Assembly: GCA_963678255.2 (NCBI GenBank)
Contig: CAXXTW010000002.1
Span: forward strand, 990,260 to 1,054,259
Direction of reading: 5' to 3'
DNA length: 64,000 bases
Origin: Candidatus Cloacimonadales bacterium
GTDB lineage: Bacteria; Cloacimonadota; Cloacimonadia; Cloacimonadales; WRIO01
Positions 29,396 through 38,959 of this stretch are shown piece by piece (positions within the stretch are counted from its first letter, which is position 1; every line of letters begins with the position of its first letter). The notes below the pieces were generated by a model. The model was not told the origin of the DNA, did no database searches, and was given only the letters and a program-made list of their open reading frames with translations. The position numbers and the translations under genes were made by a program.

Positions 29396-30634
29396 ATGAA
29401 AAGAATCGTACTACTCATGGTGCTAACAGCTTTGTTTATTACATTAGTTGCTACGGATATCACTACTTCTGGTGATTTTAGAACCAGATTTACCTGGTAC
29501 AAAGATTTTGGCAACTCTTTAGCGCAAAACTATTTTGACTCTAGAGCTCAATTAAAATTTGATGTTAGTCTTGAAAAAGATTTAAGCTTTGTTTACTTAC
29601 TTCGTTCAGGAGATATGCTATGGGGTGGTTCTTCAGCAGGCGAATTTAGTAAAGCAATAAATGTTAAAACAAGACATGCTTATCTTGATTGGAAATGTCC
29701 TTTTACTGGAATGAATGTTAAACTTGGGTTGCAACCCTGGTATGATCACAGAAGTTTAGTTTTAGATGATGATATGGCAGGACTTATCCTTTCTTCAGAG
29801 ATGAATGAGAACACAACCGTCCAATATGGTTATGTTCAATGGGAAGAAGCAAACGAAGAATCTGAATTGAATGGTTATGACAAACAAATGTATATGGTGA
29901 ATTTTGATAGTAAACTCAATGAAGAGTTGGGATTGGGGTTAAACACCTTATTTAACCGCTTTAGAAATGATGCCGAATATTCTGCTTATGATATGTGGTT
30001 AATGCCTTTTGTTACATATACAACAGGTCCATTATCTCTTGATGGTATGTTTGCTTTATCAATGGGTAATTCTCCAAAAGCATTAGGAACTGATGATTTG
30101 AAAAACTCTGGTATGGCTATTTCTGTAAAAGCTGATTATGATATGCAATCTCAGGGTACTTATGGATTTGATTTCCTCTATACATCTGGTGATGATGGCA
30201 GCGATCCAAAATCAACTACTGAATTCAAAACAATTTCTTCCTATTATATGAATGGCTTAGAATATTTAGGGATTGGCGTTCATGATAGCTTTTGGCTAAA
30301 TGGAAATCCCATGCCTACTTATTATTTCGATGGAAATGGTCAATTAAATAATCATCCTTTTGGTATTATGAGTATGGTTATTAAAGGAAATTATCCACTA
30401 AAAGAAAAAACAAACATCCACTTTGCAGCTGGTATGGTTAATTTTTCAACAAAAATTAAAAATTCAAATATGAAAACTGATATCGGTACTGAATTCGATT
30501 TGGGTGTAAAACACCAATTGTACGAAAAATTATCTGTTGATCTCGTTGGCGCTTATGTCCTCCCAGGTGAAGCTTATGGCCCAGATCTTGATAATGTGTA
30601 TGAAGTCAGTTCTGTATTCACTCTTGAATTTTAA
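29396..30634 (+). CDS. Outer membrane beta-barrel protein (distinct porin-like family)
   Basis: Signal peptide, beta-strand periodicity, C-terminal ...VFTLEF (terminal Phe). Confidence 0.55.
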   Translation: MKRIVLLMVLTALFITLVATDITTSGDFRTRFTWYKDFGNSLAQNYFDSRAQLKFDVSLEKDLSFVYLLRSGDMLWGGSSAGEFSKAINVKTRHAYLDWKCPFTGMNVKLGLQPWYDHRSLVLDDDMAGLILSSEMNENTTVQYGYVQWEEANEESELNGYDKQMYMVNFDSKLNEELGLGLNTLFNRFRNDAEYSAYDMWLMPFVTYTTGPLSLDGMFALSMGNSPKALGTDDLKNSGMAISVKADYDMQSQGTYGFDFLYTSGDDGSDPKSTTEFKTISSYYMNGLEYLGIGVHDSFWLNGNPMPTYYFDGNGQLNNHPFGIMSMVIKGNYPLKEKTNIHFAAGMVNFSTKIKNSNMKTDIGTEFDLGVKHQLYEKLSVDLVGAYVLPGEAYGPDLDNVYEVSSVFTLEF

Positions 30635-30652
30635 TTAATTTAAATAAACATT

Positions 30653-30677
30653 AAGCGGTCTTCGGACCGCTTTTTTT
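30653..30677 (+). terminator. Rho-independent terminator
   Basis: AAGCGGTC-ttcg-GACCGCTT followed by TTTTT. Confidence 0.8.
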
Positions 30678-31347
30678 ATGGATTACATTCAGAACAGGGT
30701 TCCAAACCTTCTTTTTCTGCTTCAGACTTTTTATTAAAATATCTCCTGTTTTCTTTTGCTATCTTTTTCACCCATTTACAGGTTGATCGATGAAATTTAT
30801 TCGAATTTGACGAAGCAACATAAGCTCCTGATTTTAAATGGCTATCACTCATTTTTGGTCTTTGCGGACTCAATAATCCTTTTTTCTTTGCTTTTCTAAA
30901 ATTCCAGGGTTCTATGGGATTATTATCCTTCCAAAGCCCCAATTTTGCCTCTCTCGCTTGCAATTCCATCTCAGACAGTCTCTCTTCCTTGTTATACTCT
31001 TTATAGTGCCAGGCAAAACCATTTTTAAGTAATTCATCATTTAAACATCTTCCATCTTCCAAATAAATCTCTGCTACCGATCGACCATACATATCCATGT
31101 TTTTTATATCTGCTTTTACCATTTTTCCAAAAACAAGAGATGAAGTAAACATTTTTGCTTTTGTTCCATAATCCTGATCTTTTTCAGGACAATCAACAGC
31201 ATAAAGCCGAATACGTAAGGGTATTTTCGCATTTAATATCTCAATGGTATCACCGTCTAATACTGAGATTACTTTACCTCGAATCGTTTCAGATAATACT
31301 AAACTACAAACTAAAAGCAAACTAATACATAAGATTATTCTTTTCAT
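30676..31347 (-). CDS. Secreted thermonuclease (SNase-like) with a C-terminal Cys-rich, Ada-type metal-binding tail
   Basis: Signal peptide. SNase motifs VLDGDTIE, IRLYAVDCPE, AWHYKEY. Tail FHRSTCKW...EPCSECNP. Confidence 0.75.
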   Translation of the reverse strand: MKRIILCISLLLVCSLVLSETIRGKVISVLDGDTIEILNAKIPLRIRLYAVDCPEKDQDYGTKAKMFTSSLVFGKMVKADIKNMDMYGRSVAEIYLEDGRCLNDELLKNGFAWHYKEYNKEERLSEMELQAREAKLGLWKDNNPIEPWNFRKAKKKGLLSPQRPKMSDSHLKSGAYVASSNSNKFHRSTCKWVKKIAKENRRYFNKKSEAEKEGLEPCSECNP

Positions 31348-31372
31348 AATAATTCCAATCCCTCTTCATAAG

Positions 31373-31400
31373 AAATAGGCTTTCATCAAGAAAGCCTATT
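31373..31400 (-). terminator. Hairpin downstream of rdgB, a probable operon terminator
   Basis: AATAGGCTTTC-loop-GAAAGCCTATT. The T-tract on the minus strand is weak. Confidence 0.4.
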
Positions 31401-31429
31401 GTTAAAATTCTTTTATTATTCAAAACAGA

Positions 31430-32017
31430 TCATTTTAATGTTTTTAAATCTGGAATTATCGCTTGAAAAGCTCGGGCTCGATGACTGATCTGATTCTTTT
31501 CTGCGTCTGTTAACTCCGCAAAAGTCTTATCAAATCCTTCAGGTTGAAAGATTGGATCATATCCAAACCCGGAATTTCCCTGAGGGATTTCTGTAACGAC
31601 ACCATTTATCTGACCTTTTTTAACAGAAACAATTTGTCCATCTGGATTAACCAATGCAACAACTGTTTCAAACCTTGCCTTACGATTGGATTGATCACCC
31701 AAATTCTTTAACAATTTATTCACATTATCCTGATATGAGCAATTCTCACCTGCATAACGGGCAGCAAAGACTCCAGGTTCATCATTTAATGCGTCCACAA
31801 AAAAACCAGTATCGTCCGCTAAAGCTGGCAAACCAGTATATCTGGAAATTTCAACAGCTTTCTTAATGGCATTTCCTTCTATTGTAGTTTGGTCTTCATC
31901 GACATCTGGTAAATCTTTGATATCTGCTGCACAAATAAACTCAATATCGATTTCGTTTAAAATATCCTTCATTTCTGAATATTTATGTCTATTTTTTGTT
32001 GCTAAAACAATCTTCAT
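31430..32017 (-). CDS. rdgB: Non-canonical purine NTP pyrophosphatase (RdgB/HAM1)
   Basis: KIVLATKNRHK, EDQTT.EGNA.KKA, DDTGFFVDALNDEPGV, GFGYDPIF and ISHRARA motifs. Confidence 0.9.
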   Translation of the reverse strand: MKIVLATKNRHKYSEMKDILNEIDIEFICAADIKDLPDVDEDQTTIEGNAIKKAVEISRYTGLPALADDTGFFVDALNDEPGVFAARYAGENCSYQDNVNKLLKNLGDQSNRKARFETVVALVNPDGQIVSVKKGQINGVVTEIPQGNSGFGYDPIFQPEGFDKTFAELTDAEKNQISHRARAFQAIIPDLKTLK

Positions 32018-32556
32018 TTCTTTGATCCTGTCACTTTATTAAAAAACTCTTTAATAGTTTTTATCGCCGGATTCTTCATTTTTGCCTGAATCATGGCTGT
32101 CAGAGATCGGATAAGCTCGATTACATTGCTTTTCCCACTCCAATTATCAATTAATACTCGTTCTTCTATATCATTAAGAATTTGATCCAAAGCTAAAACA
32201 ACTAGTACTAAATCATCTAAATACCCTAATATCGGTATAAAATCAGGGATCAAATCAAAAGGTAAAAGCATGTATCCAATGATGGAACCAAGGAATACTT
32301 TTTTATTTCCAGGAACACGTTTATCTAGAAATAATCGGGTTAAAAGGATAAAAAAATCTGGTAAAGCAAACAAAAAGTCGGTTAATTGAAGTTTTTCTGG
32401 ATCCTTACTTTTAGGCAATTTACTCCCTAATTTACTCCTTAGTTTCTCATAAAACTGTAATTTCTTTTTATCATCAGAAATGATCTGCTCATTAATACGC
32501 TTTAGCTCATCCAGATCAATATTTTCTGTTTTTACTTCTTCAGTTTCTTTAGCCAT
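32014..32556 (-). CDS. DUF1232 (YkvA-like) membrane protein
   Basis: The characteristic DLIPDFIPILGYLDDLVLV segment. Confidence 0.7.
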   Translation of the reverse strand: MAKETEEVKTENIDLDELKRINEQIISDDKKKLQFYEKLRSKLGSKLPKSKDPEKLQLTDFLFALPDFFILLTRLFLDKRVPGNKKVFLGSIIGYMLLPFDLIPDFIPILGYLDDLVLVVLALDQILNDIEERVLIDNWSGKSNVIELIRSLTAMIQAKMKNPAIKTIKEFFNKVTGSKK

Positions 32557-32567
32557 AAAACCTCCCT

Positions 32568-35216
32568 TTATAAACCGGTTAAAATGTCCTTCAATTTGTT
32601 CAACTTATCATTGACTTCCATCTCTTTTTCTTTCTCTTTAGCAACAACTTCTGGTTTGGCATTTTGAACAAATTGCTCATTATTCAATTTTCTCTGAATA
32701 TTTAGCAATTCTTGTTCGATTTTCTGTAATTGCTTAGTCAACCGTTCTTTTTCAGCATCTACATCAATTAACCCTTCAAGAGGTAAAAATATCTGTACAT
32801 TCTGAGCTACCGCAGCTAATGAAGCTTTTGGTCTTTCGATCTGAATTCCTACTGAGGCAGATTGTACCTTTGCCAATTTCTTCAAATAATTCCTGTAATT
32901 GTCATATAAATCAACCTGAGCTTGATTTACTACATTGATTGTGACATCAATTTCAATCCCAGGTGCTAAATTTACCTGTTTTCTTAAATTTCGAATAGCT
33001 GTTATTGATTCCATGATGAGAGACATATTGTTCATAATCGTTTCATCAATCATGGTAGGATCAGCTATTGGAAACTCAGCAATGATTAAAGCTTCCTCAT
33101 CCATTGGATAACATTCCTTAATTAACTGCCAAATCTCTTCAGTTATAAATGGCATGATGGGATGTAGTAAACGCATTGATTTCTGAAATACATCCAATAA
33201 AACTGTTTTAGTTGTTAAATGAACGATGGAATCTGTGTCTGTATAGAACTTCTCTTTGGCAATTTCTAAATACCAGGAACAATAATCATTCCAAACAAAT
33301 TGCATTAAATTCTGAGCTGCATCATTAAATCTTAAGTTCTCATAATCATCTGTTACCTGAACAATTACCTGATTTAATCGACTATATATCCATTTGTCTG
33401 CCAAATCTAAGCATATAGTTTCTTTTGTGGCTAAACCTTCAATTTTCTCGATATTCATGATCATGAAACGAAAAGCATTCCAAATCTTATTACAGAAATT
33501 CCTGCCAGTTTCCAGGATAGCATCAGAGTAATATGAATCTTGACCCTTTGGTGTATTAAAAATCATTGAAAATCGAAGTGCATCAGCACCAACTGTTTGA
33601 ATGATATCTATCGGATCAGGCGAATTACCTAATGATTTACTCATTTTTCTACCAAGCTCATCTCTTACTGTTCCATGCAATAAAACTGTATCAAAAGGAA
33701 TCATATCTTTAAACTCTAAAGTTGCCATAATCATCCGGGCAACCCATAAATAGATGATCTCAGGAGCTGTTATTAACAGATTGGTAGGCAAAAAGTACTT
33801 TAAGTCTTCTGTTTCTACAGGCCAACCCATTGTTGAAAATGGCCATAACCAGGAAGAAAACCATGTATCCAATACATCTTCATCCTGTTTGAAACTATGT
33901 GAATGACATTTTGGGCATTCTTTAGGAGTCTCAGAATCTACAAGCATCTGACCACAGGTTTCACAATAATAAGCAGGAATTCGATGACCCCACCAAATCT
34001 GACGGGAGATACACCAATCTCTGATATTATTCATCCAATGCATATAAACCTTAGTCCAACGCTCAGGATAAAAATTGATCTGTCCTGTTTCTACCACTTC
34101 TATAGCCCGTTTTGCTAAGGGTTTCATCCGAACAAACCACTGAGTGGATAAATAAGGTTCGATTACTGTATCACAACGATAACAATGACCAACTGAATGA
34201 TCATGATTCTCTGTTTTTTCCAATAAACCTTCTGATTCTAAAAGAGAAAGTAATTTTTTTCGACATTCAAATCGATCCATTCCGATAAATTGTTCACCAG
34301 CATCTTCATTCATTTTTCCATGCTCATCCATGATGGTCAAGGGTGTTAACTGATGACGATTCCCAACTTCAAAATCATTGGGATCATGGGCTGGTGTGAT
34401 CTTAACACACCCTGTTCCAAACTCTTTATCTACATAATCATCGGCAATAATGGGGATTAATTTATTAGCTATAGGTAAGATAACATTCTTACCAATCAAA
34501 TGTTGATATCGTTCATCCTGAGGATTAACAGCAACAGCTACATCGCCCAACATCGTTTCAGGTCGGGTGGTAGCAACAACTAAATACCCTTCCCCATTCT
34601 CAAATGGATAACGAATATGCCAAAGTTTGCCCTTTTCATCTTCATATTCAACTTCATCATTTGCTAAAGCTGTAACACAGCGAGGACACCAGTTGATTAT
34701 ATATTTTCCCTTATAAATCAAATCTTTGTTATATAAATGAATAAATACTTCTTTTACAGATTTGGAAAGACCTTCATCCATGGTAAAACGTTCTTTAGTC
34801 CAGTCACATGAGGCTCCAAGCTGTTTTAGTTGTTCAATAATGTGACCACCCTTTTCTTCTTTCCATGCCCAAATCCGCTTTATTAATTCTTCTCTGCCAA
34901 TATCATGACGAGTCAAGCCCTGTTTAGCTAAGTCTTTTTCAACCATATTTTGTGTAGCAATACCGGCATGATCTGTACCAGGAATCCATAAAGTTGGCTC
35001 TTGTTTCATACGATGATAACGAATAGCAACATCTTGTAGAGTATTATTTAAAACATGCCCCATATGCAAAATACCTGTTACATTTGGAGGGGGGATTAAA
35101 ATGGTAAATGGTTTTTTATTGGGGTCTTTCTTTGGTGTAAAATGACCATTTTTCAACCAATAAGCATACCATTTTTTTTCTATTTCTTTCGCTTCATAAT
35201 GTTTATTTAATTCCAT
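32568..35216 (-). CDS. valS: Valine--tRNA ligase
   Basis: 882 aa. HMGH (HIGH) and KMSKS motifs, editing domain, C-terminal coiled coil. Confidence 0.97.
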   Translation of the reverse strand: MELNKHYEAKEIEKKWYAYWLKNGHFTPKKDPNKKPFTILIPPPNVTGILHMGHVLNNTLQDVAIRYHRMKQEPTLWIPGTDHAGIATQNMVEKDLAKQGLTRHDIGREELIKRIWAWKEEKGGHIIEQLKQLGASCDWTKERFTMDEGLSKSVKEVFIHLYNKDLIYKGKYIINWCPRCVTALANDEVEYEDEKGKLWHIRYPFENGEGYLVVATTRPETMLGDVAVAVNPQDERYQHLIGKNVILPIANKLIPIIADDYVDKEFGTGCVKITPAHDPNDFEVGNRHQLTPLTIMDEHGKMNEDAGEQFIGMDRFECRKKLLSLLESEGLLEKTENHDHSVGHCYRCDTVIEPYLSTQWFVRMKPLAKRAIEVVETGQINFYPERWTKVYMHWMNNIRDWCISRQIWWGHRIPAYYCETCGQMLVDSETPKECPKCHSHSFKQDEDVLDTWFSSWLWPFSTMGWPVETEDLKYFLPTNLLITAPEIIYLWVARMIMATLEFKDMIPFDTVLLHGTVRDELGRKMSKSLGNSPDPIDIIQTVGADALRFSMIFNTPKGQDSYYSDAILETGRNFCNKIWNAFRFMIMNIEKIEGLATKETICLDLADKWIYSRLNQVIVQVTDDYENLRFNDAAQNLMQFVWNDYCSWYLEIAKEKFYTDTDSIVHLTTKTVLLDVFQKSMRLLHPIMPFITEEIWQLIKECYPMDEEALIIAEFPIADPTMIDETIMNNMSLIMESITAIRNLRKQVNLAPGIEIDVTINVVNQAQVDLYDNYRNYLKKLAKVQSASVGIQIERPKASLAAVAQNVQIFLPLEGLIDVDAEKERLTKQLQKIEQELLNIQRKLNNEQFVQNAKPEVVAKEKEKEMEVNDKLNKLKDILTGL

Positions 35217-35224
35217 ATTTTCCT

Positions 35225-35746
35225 CTATTTGATATAATTTATTTTTCTTAAAAAATGAATGTGTGATTTAAACGCTATTGGGGGGAGTGCCCCCACTGAG
35301 TAAAATTTAGCTTCTAAGGCATCATCACCAGCTTGAAGTCTTCCACCCTTGATCTTCATCACAAATCCTAATGAAAGCACACGTAAATAAATCGGTGAAA
35401 AACCATTATAATAATCTATAAAGCTTTCTACTTCTCCGATCAATCCTGTCTCTTCTTCCAATTCATCAATTGCAGCCTGCTCAGGTGATTGCCAAATTTC
35501 CATATATCCACTTGGTAAAGCCCATTCATTTGGTTTTGGTTCAAATTTCCTCTTAATCAGTAAAACCTCGTGAGCCTCATTGATAACAACACACGCGACA
35601 GCAGGTATGGGATTTTTATAATAAATCCATCCACATTTGTTGCATTGAGGTCTTTCCTTTTCTTCCCGGTCTTCCCGTATCTCTAATTCATTCCCGCACC
35701 GGATGCAGAAATTGATCTGATCATACAAATTATCGAATTCTTTCAT
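35225..35746 (-). CDS. NUDIX hydrolase with an N-terminal zinc ribbon
   Basis: CIRCG...CNKCG zinc ribbon. Nudix box GYMEIWQSPEQAAIDELEEETGL. Confidence 0.8.
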   Translation of the reverse strand: MKEFDNLYDQINFCIRCGNELEIREDREEKERPQCNKCGWIYYKNPIPAVACVVINEAHEVLLIKRKFEPKPNEWALPSGYMEIWQSPEQAAIDELEEETGLIGEVESFIDYYNGFSPIYLRVLSLGFVMKIKGGRLQAGDDALEAKFYSVGALPPIAFKSHIHFLRKINYIK

Positions 35747-36012
35747 ATCTGCTTATTATATTATTTTAACTTAAATGTCAAGCAAAATGATAGAAATACA
35801 ATTTAAACCATTGTTATATAATACTTAATACTTATTTGCCATAAACATATCTTCTCTTAATTCCAAAAGTGATTTATAATAATAAATTCAACTCTATCTC
35901 GATAAATACACTAACTCCTCCTGAAATAGCTAAAAATCTATAGTAGTAAACATGTTAATTTTTTAAATTGACAAAGTAAAGATAATGTTTCAACATATTT
36001 ATAGAGGTAATT

Positions 36013-36684
36013 ATGATAAAAACAGATTATTTTTCTCATGAGTTTGCGTATCAAAAGTTAAAAAAATCTAATAGTTTTGGTTGGGATACTGAAGAATCAT
36101 CAAATGATTTCATTCAGATTATTGAGAATTTCCTGGACAATAAAGCTCTTTTAACTAAGGGTAAAATCTTGGAATTAGGTTGTGGAAACGGAAAAGTTAT
36201 CAAATACTTTGCTCATAAAGGAGCAGAAGGTTTTGGTATAGATGTTTCTCCCACAGCTATAGAATGGGCTAACGAAGACAAAGAAGATTTGGATATCAAT
36301 TTCCAAGTTGGCGATGTTACTCGTTTAACTAATTATCAAGATAATGTCTTCGATTTATTGATAGATGCTCACTGCTATCATTGCATTATCGGAGAGGATA
36401 GAGTTCATTTTATCAATTCAGCTTATAGAGTTTTAAAAAATAATGGCTTTTTATTAATTGCAAGCATGTGTGGAGATGTAACATTCAGTCATCCCAACAG
36501 TACCTTTGACCCAATTTTAAAATGTTTGATAAACCCAGGAGGTGTTGCTAATCGTTATATAGGACTTAAAGAAGATCTTTTACAAGAAATAGAAAACAGC
36601 CCTTTTACTCTGATTAAATGGCAAATTGTTGAGAGAATTGAACCTGATGAGCAGGATATGTTTTATGCTCTTTTAATGAAATAA
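36013..36684 (+). CDS. Class I SAM-dependent methyltransferase
   Basis: Motif I ILELGCGNG, followed by GIDVS and VFDLLID. Confidence 0.8.
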   Translation: MIKTDYFSHEFAYQKLKKSNSFGWDTEESSNDFIQIIENFLDNKALLTKGKILELGCGNGKVIKYFAHKGAEGFGIDVSPTAIEWANEDKEDLDINFQVGDVTRLTNYQDNVFDLLIDAHCYHCIIGEDRVHFINSAYRVLKNNGFLLIASMCGDVTFSHPNSTFDPILKCLINPGGVANRYIGLKEDLLQEIENSPFTLIKWQIVERIEPDEQDMFYALLMK

Positions 36685-36706
36685 AAAAAGCCGCTTTACA
36701 GCGGCT
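36683..36706 (-). terminator. Terminator of the tRNA-Asp pair. The hairpin is also usable by the convergent methyltransferase gene.
   Basis: Minus strand reads AGCCGC-tgtaaa-GCGGCT followed by TTTTTTT. Confidence 0.6.
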
Positions 36707-36709
36707 AAA

Positions 36710-36786
36710 TGGCGGGAGAGACGAGGCTCGAACTCGCGGCCTTCTGCGTGACAGGCAGACGTTCTGACCAACTGAACTACTCCCCC
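36710..36786 (-). tRNA. tRNA-Asp (anticodon GTC), CCA encoded
   Basis: Hand-folded minus strand: GGGGGAG TA GTTC AGTTGGTCA GAAC G TCTGC CTGTCAC GCAGA AGGCC GCGAG TTCGAGC CTCGT CTCTCCC G CCA. Clean cloverleaf with one G-U pair in the acceptor stem. Confidence 0.93.
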
Positions 36787-36808
36787 GAAAATCGGAAGAT
36801 CTATAAAA

Positions 36809-36885
36809 TGGCGGGAGAGACGAGGCTCGAACTCGCGGCCTTCTGCGTGACAGGCAGACGTTCTGACCAACTGAACTACTCCCCC
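36809..36885 (-). tRNA. tRNA-Asp (anticodon GTC), second identical copy
   Basis: 77/77 identical to 36710-36786, separated from it by 22 nt. Confidence 0.93.
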
Positions 36886-36912
36886 GCTTCACTATATCTA
36901 ACTAACAACTCA

Positions 36913-36941
36913 CTTTTATTAAGCTATAGTTTTTCTGTCAA
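36913..36941 (-). promoter_or_regulatory. Possible promoter of the tRNA-Asp pair
   Basis: Minus strand has TTGACA, 17-nt spacer, TAAAAG (weak -10). About 27 nt upstream of the first tRNA. Confidence 0.3.
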
Positions 36942-37096
36942 CACTTTTTTTATCCTGTATTTCCCAATTTTCATAATTTTAACCTCTATTTTTTTATAAA
37001 TCAATGTTTTAAATTAATTCATTTTTTTATTGTGTTTTATTTATCAAAATCTATTTTTCAATTTTTTATCGCTAATCAAGTCTAAAATATTGGTGT

Positions 37097-37165
37097 AAAT
37101 TGATAAGTATCATATGGTCGATAAGTATTAATTTTTGTATTAATTTAATAGGTTTTGTTCTAAAA
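37097..37165. repeat. Copy A of a roughly 70-bp direct repeat
   Basis: aaattgataagtatcatatggtcgataagtattaatttttgtattaatttaataggttttgttctaaaaa. About 93% identical to copy B at 38539-38609. Confidence 0.85.
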
Positions 37166-37235
37166 AGTATTTTCAGTTATATTGTTATATAGACTATATG
37201 GCAGTTATTATCAGTATTCGAAATCAATTTTTATT

Positions 37236-38444
37236 TTATTCTCCAAACAATTTGATCATTGTTTTATCAATAAAAAGAATATTCTTAAATTTATCAGAAA
37301 CAAAACAATCAAATTTGGTATAGAATAACTTTCCAGAATTATCATATAGCTGATTTAAATGATCTCTATAGGGATAGTATTTGCTATAATTAATAATCAA
37401 ATTATTATTTTTATTGTAAACAAGAGATTTTCCAACCAAATTTACAGTTTCTTTACTTTTTTTCTGATTATCAGCAAAGGTTTTATAATTCTTCATACTT
37501 TCAATTGAATATTCCTGTAATTTATTATCCAATACTGCTAAATATGGAGCTGAGTATTTCATGATCTCATTACCTCGAAGATCATAGACAGTTTTTGATA
37601 CTCTATCAATGAAGTAGTTGTTAACTTGTATTAAACTATTTTCCTGAAAGAAGAAATTATTAATATCATAATTATAATCATTTTTAAGATTCGTTGTTTT
37701 TATCAATGAAAGTGTATTATTTTTGAAACTATAGAATTCAAATTTTTTAGAAACCTGATAGGACTCTCCTTCTCCTGATCTATATTTTTTTAAACAAACG
37801 ATTAAAGAATCGTTAAATACTTTACAGGTTACCAAGGCAGTATCTTTGTTAAATCCTGATAGATTAATTGGTTTTAAATATTTGTCATAAATACAGATAT
37901 TGTAAAAATCTTTAAAAAGCAGAAATTCTAAGGAATTAAAATCTCCATCAAAATCAATATATTGTTTGTATATGTATTTACCTGAAGGTGAGACACCATA
38001 GATCGTTGGTTCATCTTTTATTTCAGCTAAAAGATTACCCTGATTATCCCAAGAACTAATCAAAAAAAAACCAGGTTCATCATTTTCTGATGGTTTGTGT
38101 AATACAATAGTACGACCATTATCAGAAATATAAACATCATTAGATCCATTTATAAGATTATTTTTTTTCTCCCATAAAATCTTTAAATCCTTATCATAAA
38201 AAACCATCCGATACTGGTGGTTCAGTTCTTCAATTACAACTAAATTGCCAGTATCTTTGGCATAGGCATAATTAATAATTTCACCTTTGAAATTTAAGGT
38301 TTTAATCAAGTGTTGTTCCGGGGCAATCATTTTAGCGGTTTCATCGATTGATTTGAAAACTATAGTCTCGCTATTTGCCCATAATCCAAAAACCAACAAC
38401 ATTAAGGTTAATAATATGAATTGTTTTTTAAAATTAGTATGCAT
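37236..38444 (-). CDS. Hypothetical secreted protein (402 aa)
   Basis: Signal peptide MHTNFKKQFILLTLMLLVFGLWA. Beta-rich, N/Y/K-rich sequence. No recognised motif. Confidence 0.5.
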   Translation of the reverse strand: MHTNFKKQFILLTLMLLVFGLWANSETIVFKSIDETAKMIAPEQHLIKTLNFKGEIINYAYAKDTGNLVVIEELNHQYRMVFYDKDLKILWEKKNNLINGSNDVYISDNGRTIVLHKPSENDEPGFFLISSWDNQGNLLAEIKDEPTIYGVSPSGKYIYKQYIDFDGDFNSLEFLLFKDFYNICIYDKYLKPINLSGFNKDTALVTCKVFNDSLIVCLKKYRSGEGESYQVSKKFEFYSFKNNTLSLIKTTNLKNDYNYDINNFFFQENSLIQVNNYFIDRVSKTVYDLRGNEIMKYSAPYLAVLDNKLQEYSIESMKNYKTFADNQKKSKETVNLVGKSLVYNKNNNLIINYSKYYPYRDHLNQLYDNSGKLFYTKFDCFVSDKFKNILFIDKTMIKLFGE

Positions 38445-38538
38445 AAATGTGCTCCATAATTATATACTTTTTGTTTTTAAAATTTATTTAGCAAATATAA
38501 TATTTGATTTTCTATTTGTCAATAGTAATATTTATTTT

Positions 38539-38609
38539 AAAATTGATGAGTATCATATGGTCGATAAGTAATAAATTTTGTATTAATTTAATAGGTTTTG
38601 TTCTAAAAA
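38539..38609. repeat. Copy B of the roughly 70-bp direct repeat
   Basis: aaattgatgagtatcatatggtcgataagtaataaattttgtattaatttaataggttttgttctaaaaa. Confidence 0.85.
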
Positions 38610-38680
38610 TGTTCAACAGTAAAGAGATTTGGGTATGTTTTGCATTATAACCAAAGTTAAAACCATGGCCTACCAATATT

Positions 38681-38711
38681 CAACCCCGAATGGGGTTGTT
38701 AATTTTTATTT
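38681..38711 (+). terminator. Orphan rho-independent terminator-like hairpin with no upstream plus-strand CDS
   Basis: CAACCCC-gaat-GGGGTTG followed by ttaatttttattt. Confidence 0.45.
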
Positions 38712-38959
38712 ATCCAAGGAACTCCCCTTTACCACCCCTTCTTGGTATTACTCAGACTAATCGACAACTAATTACAGAATGAATTAAAAGCCAAACTCTA
38801 AAAAAAAATCTACATTTTCTAGTGTTGTTCTATTTGCTCTACATCAATAAATCTGACTTGATTAGCAAAAGGGAGATACTTCAATTTTTTGCTTGACTTA
38901 AAGCTGGGAATAAAAAATGATGTAATTTAAAGAAAAGATTAATCTCAAGGAGATAGAAT

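Noticed and set aside
36614-36999. Three overlapping ORFs (92, 65 and 96 aa) with internally duplicated peptide sequences
   Set aside because: They are read-throughs of the two identical tRNA-Asp genes and the terminator. The duplication in the peptides simply mirrors the tRNA duplication.
36710-38609. tRNA-adjacent integrated island delimited by the 70-bp direct repeats
   Set aside because: The repeats do not overlap or resemble the tRNA 3' end. No integrase or mobility gene is present, and only one cargo gene lies between them.
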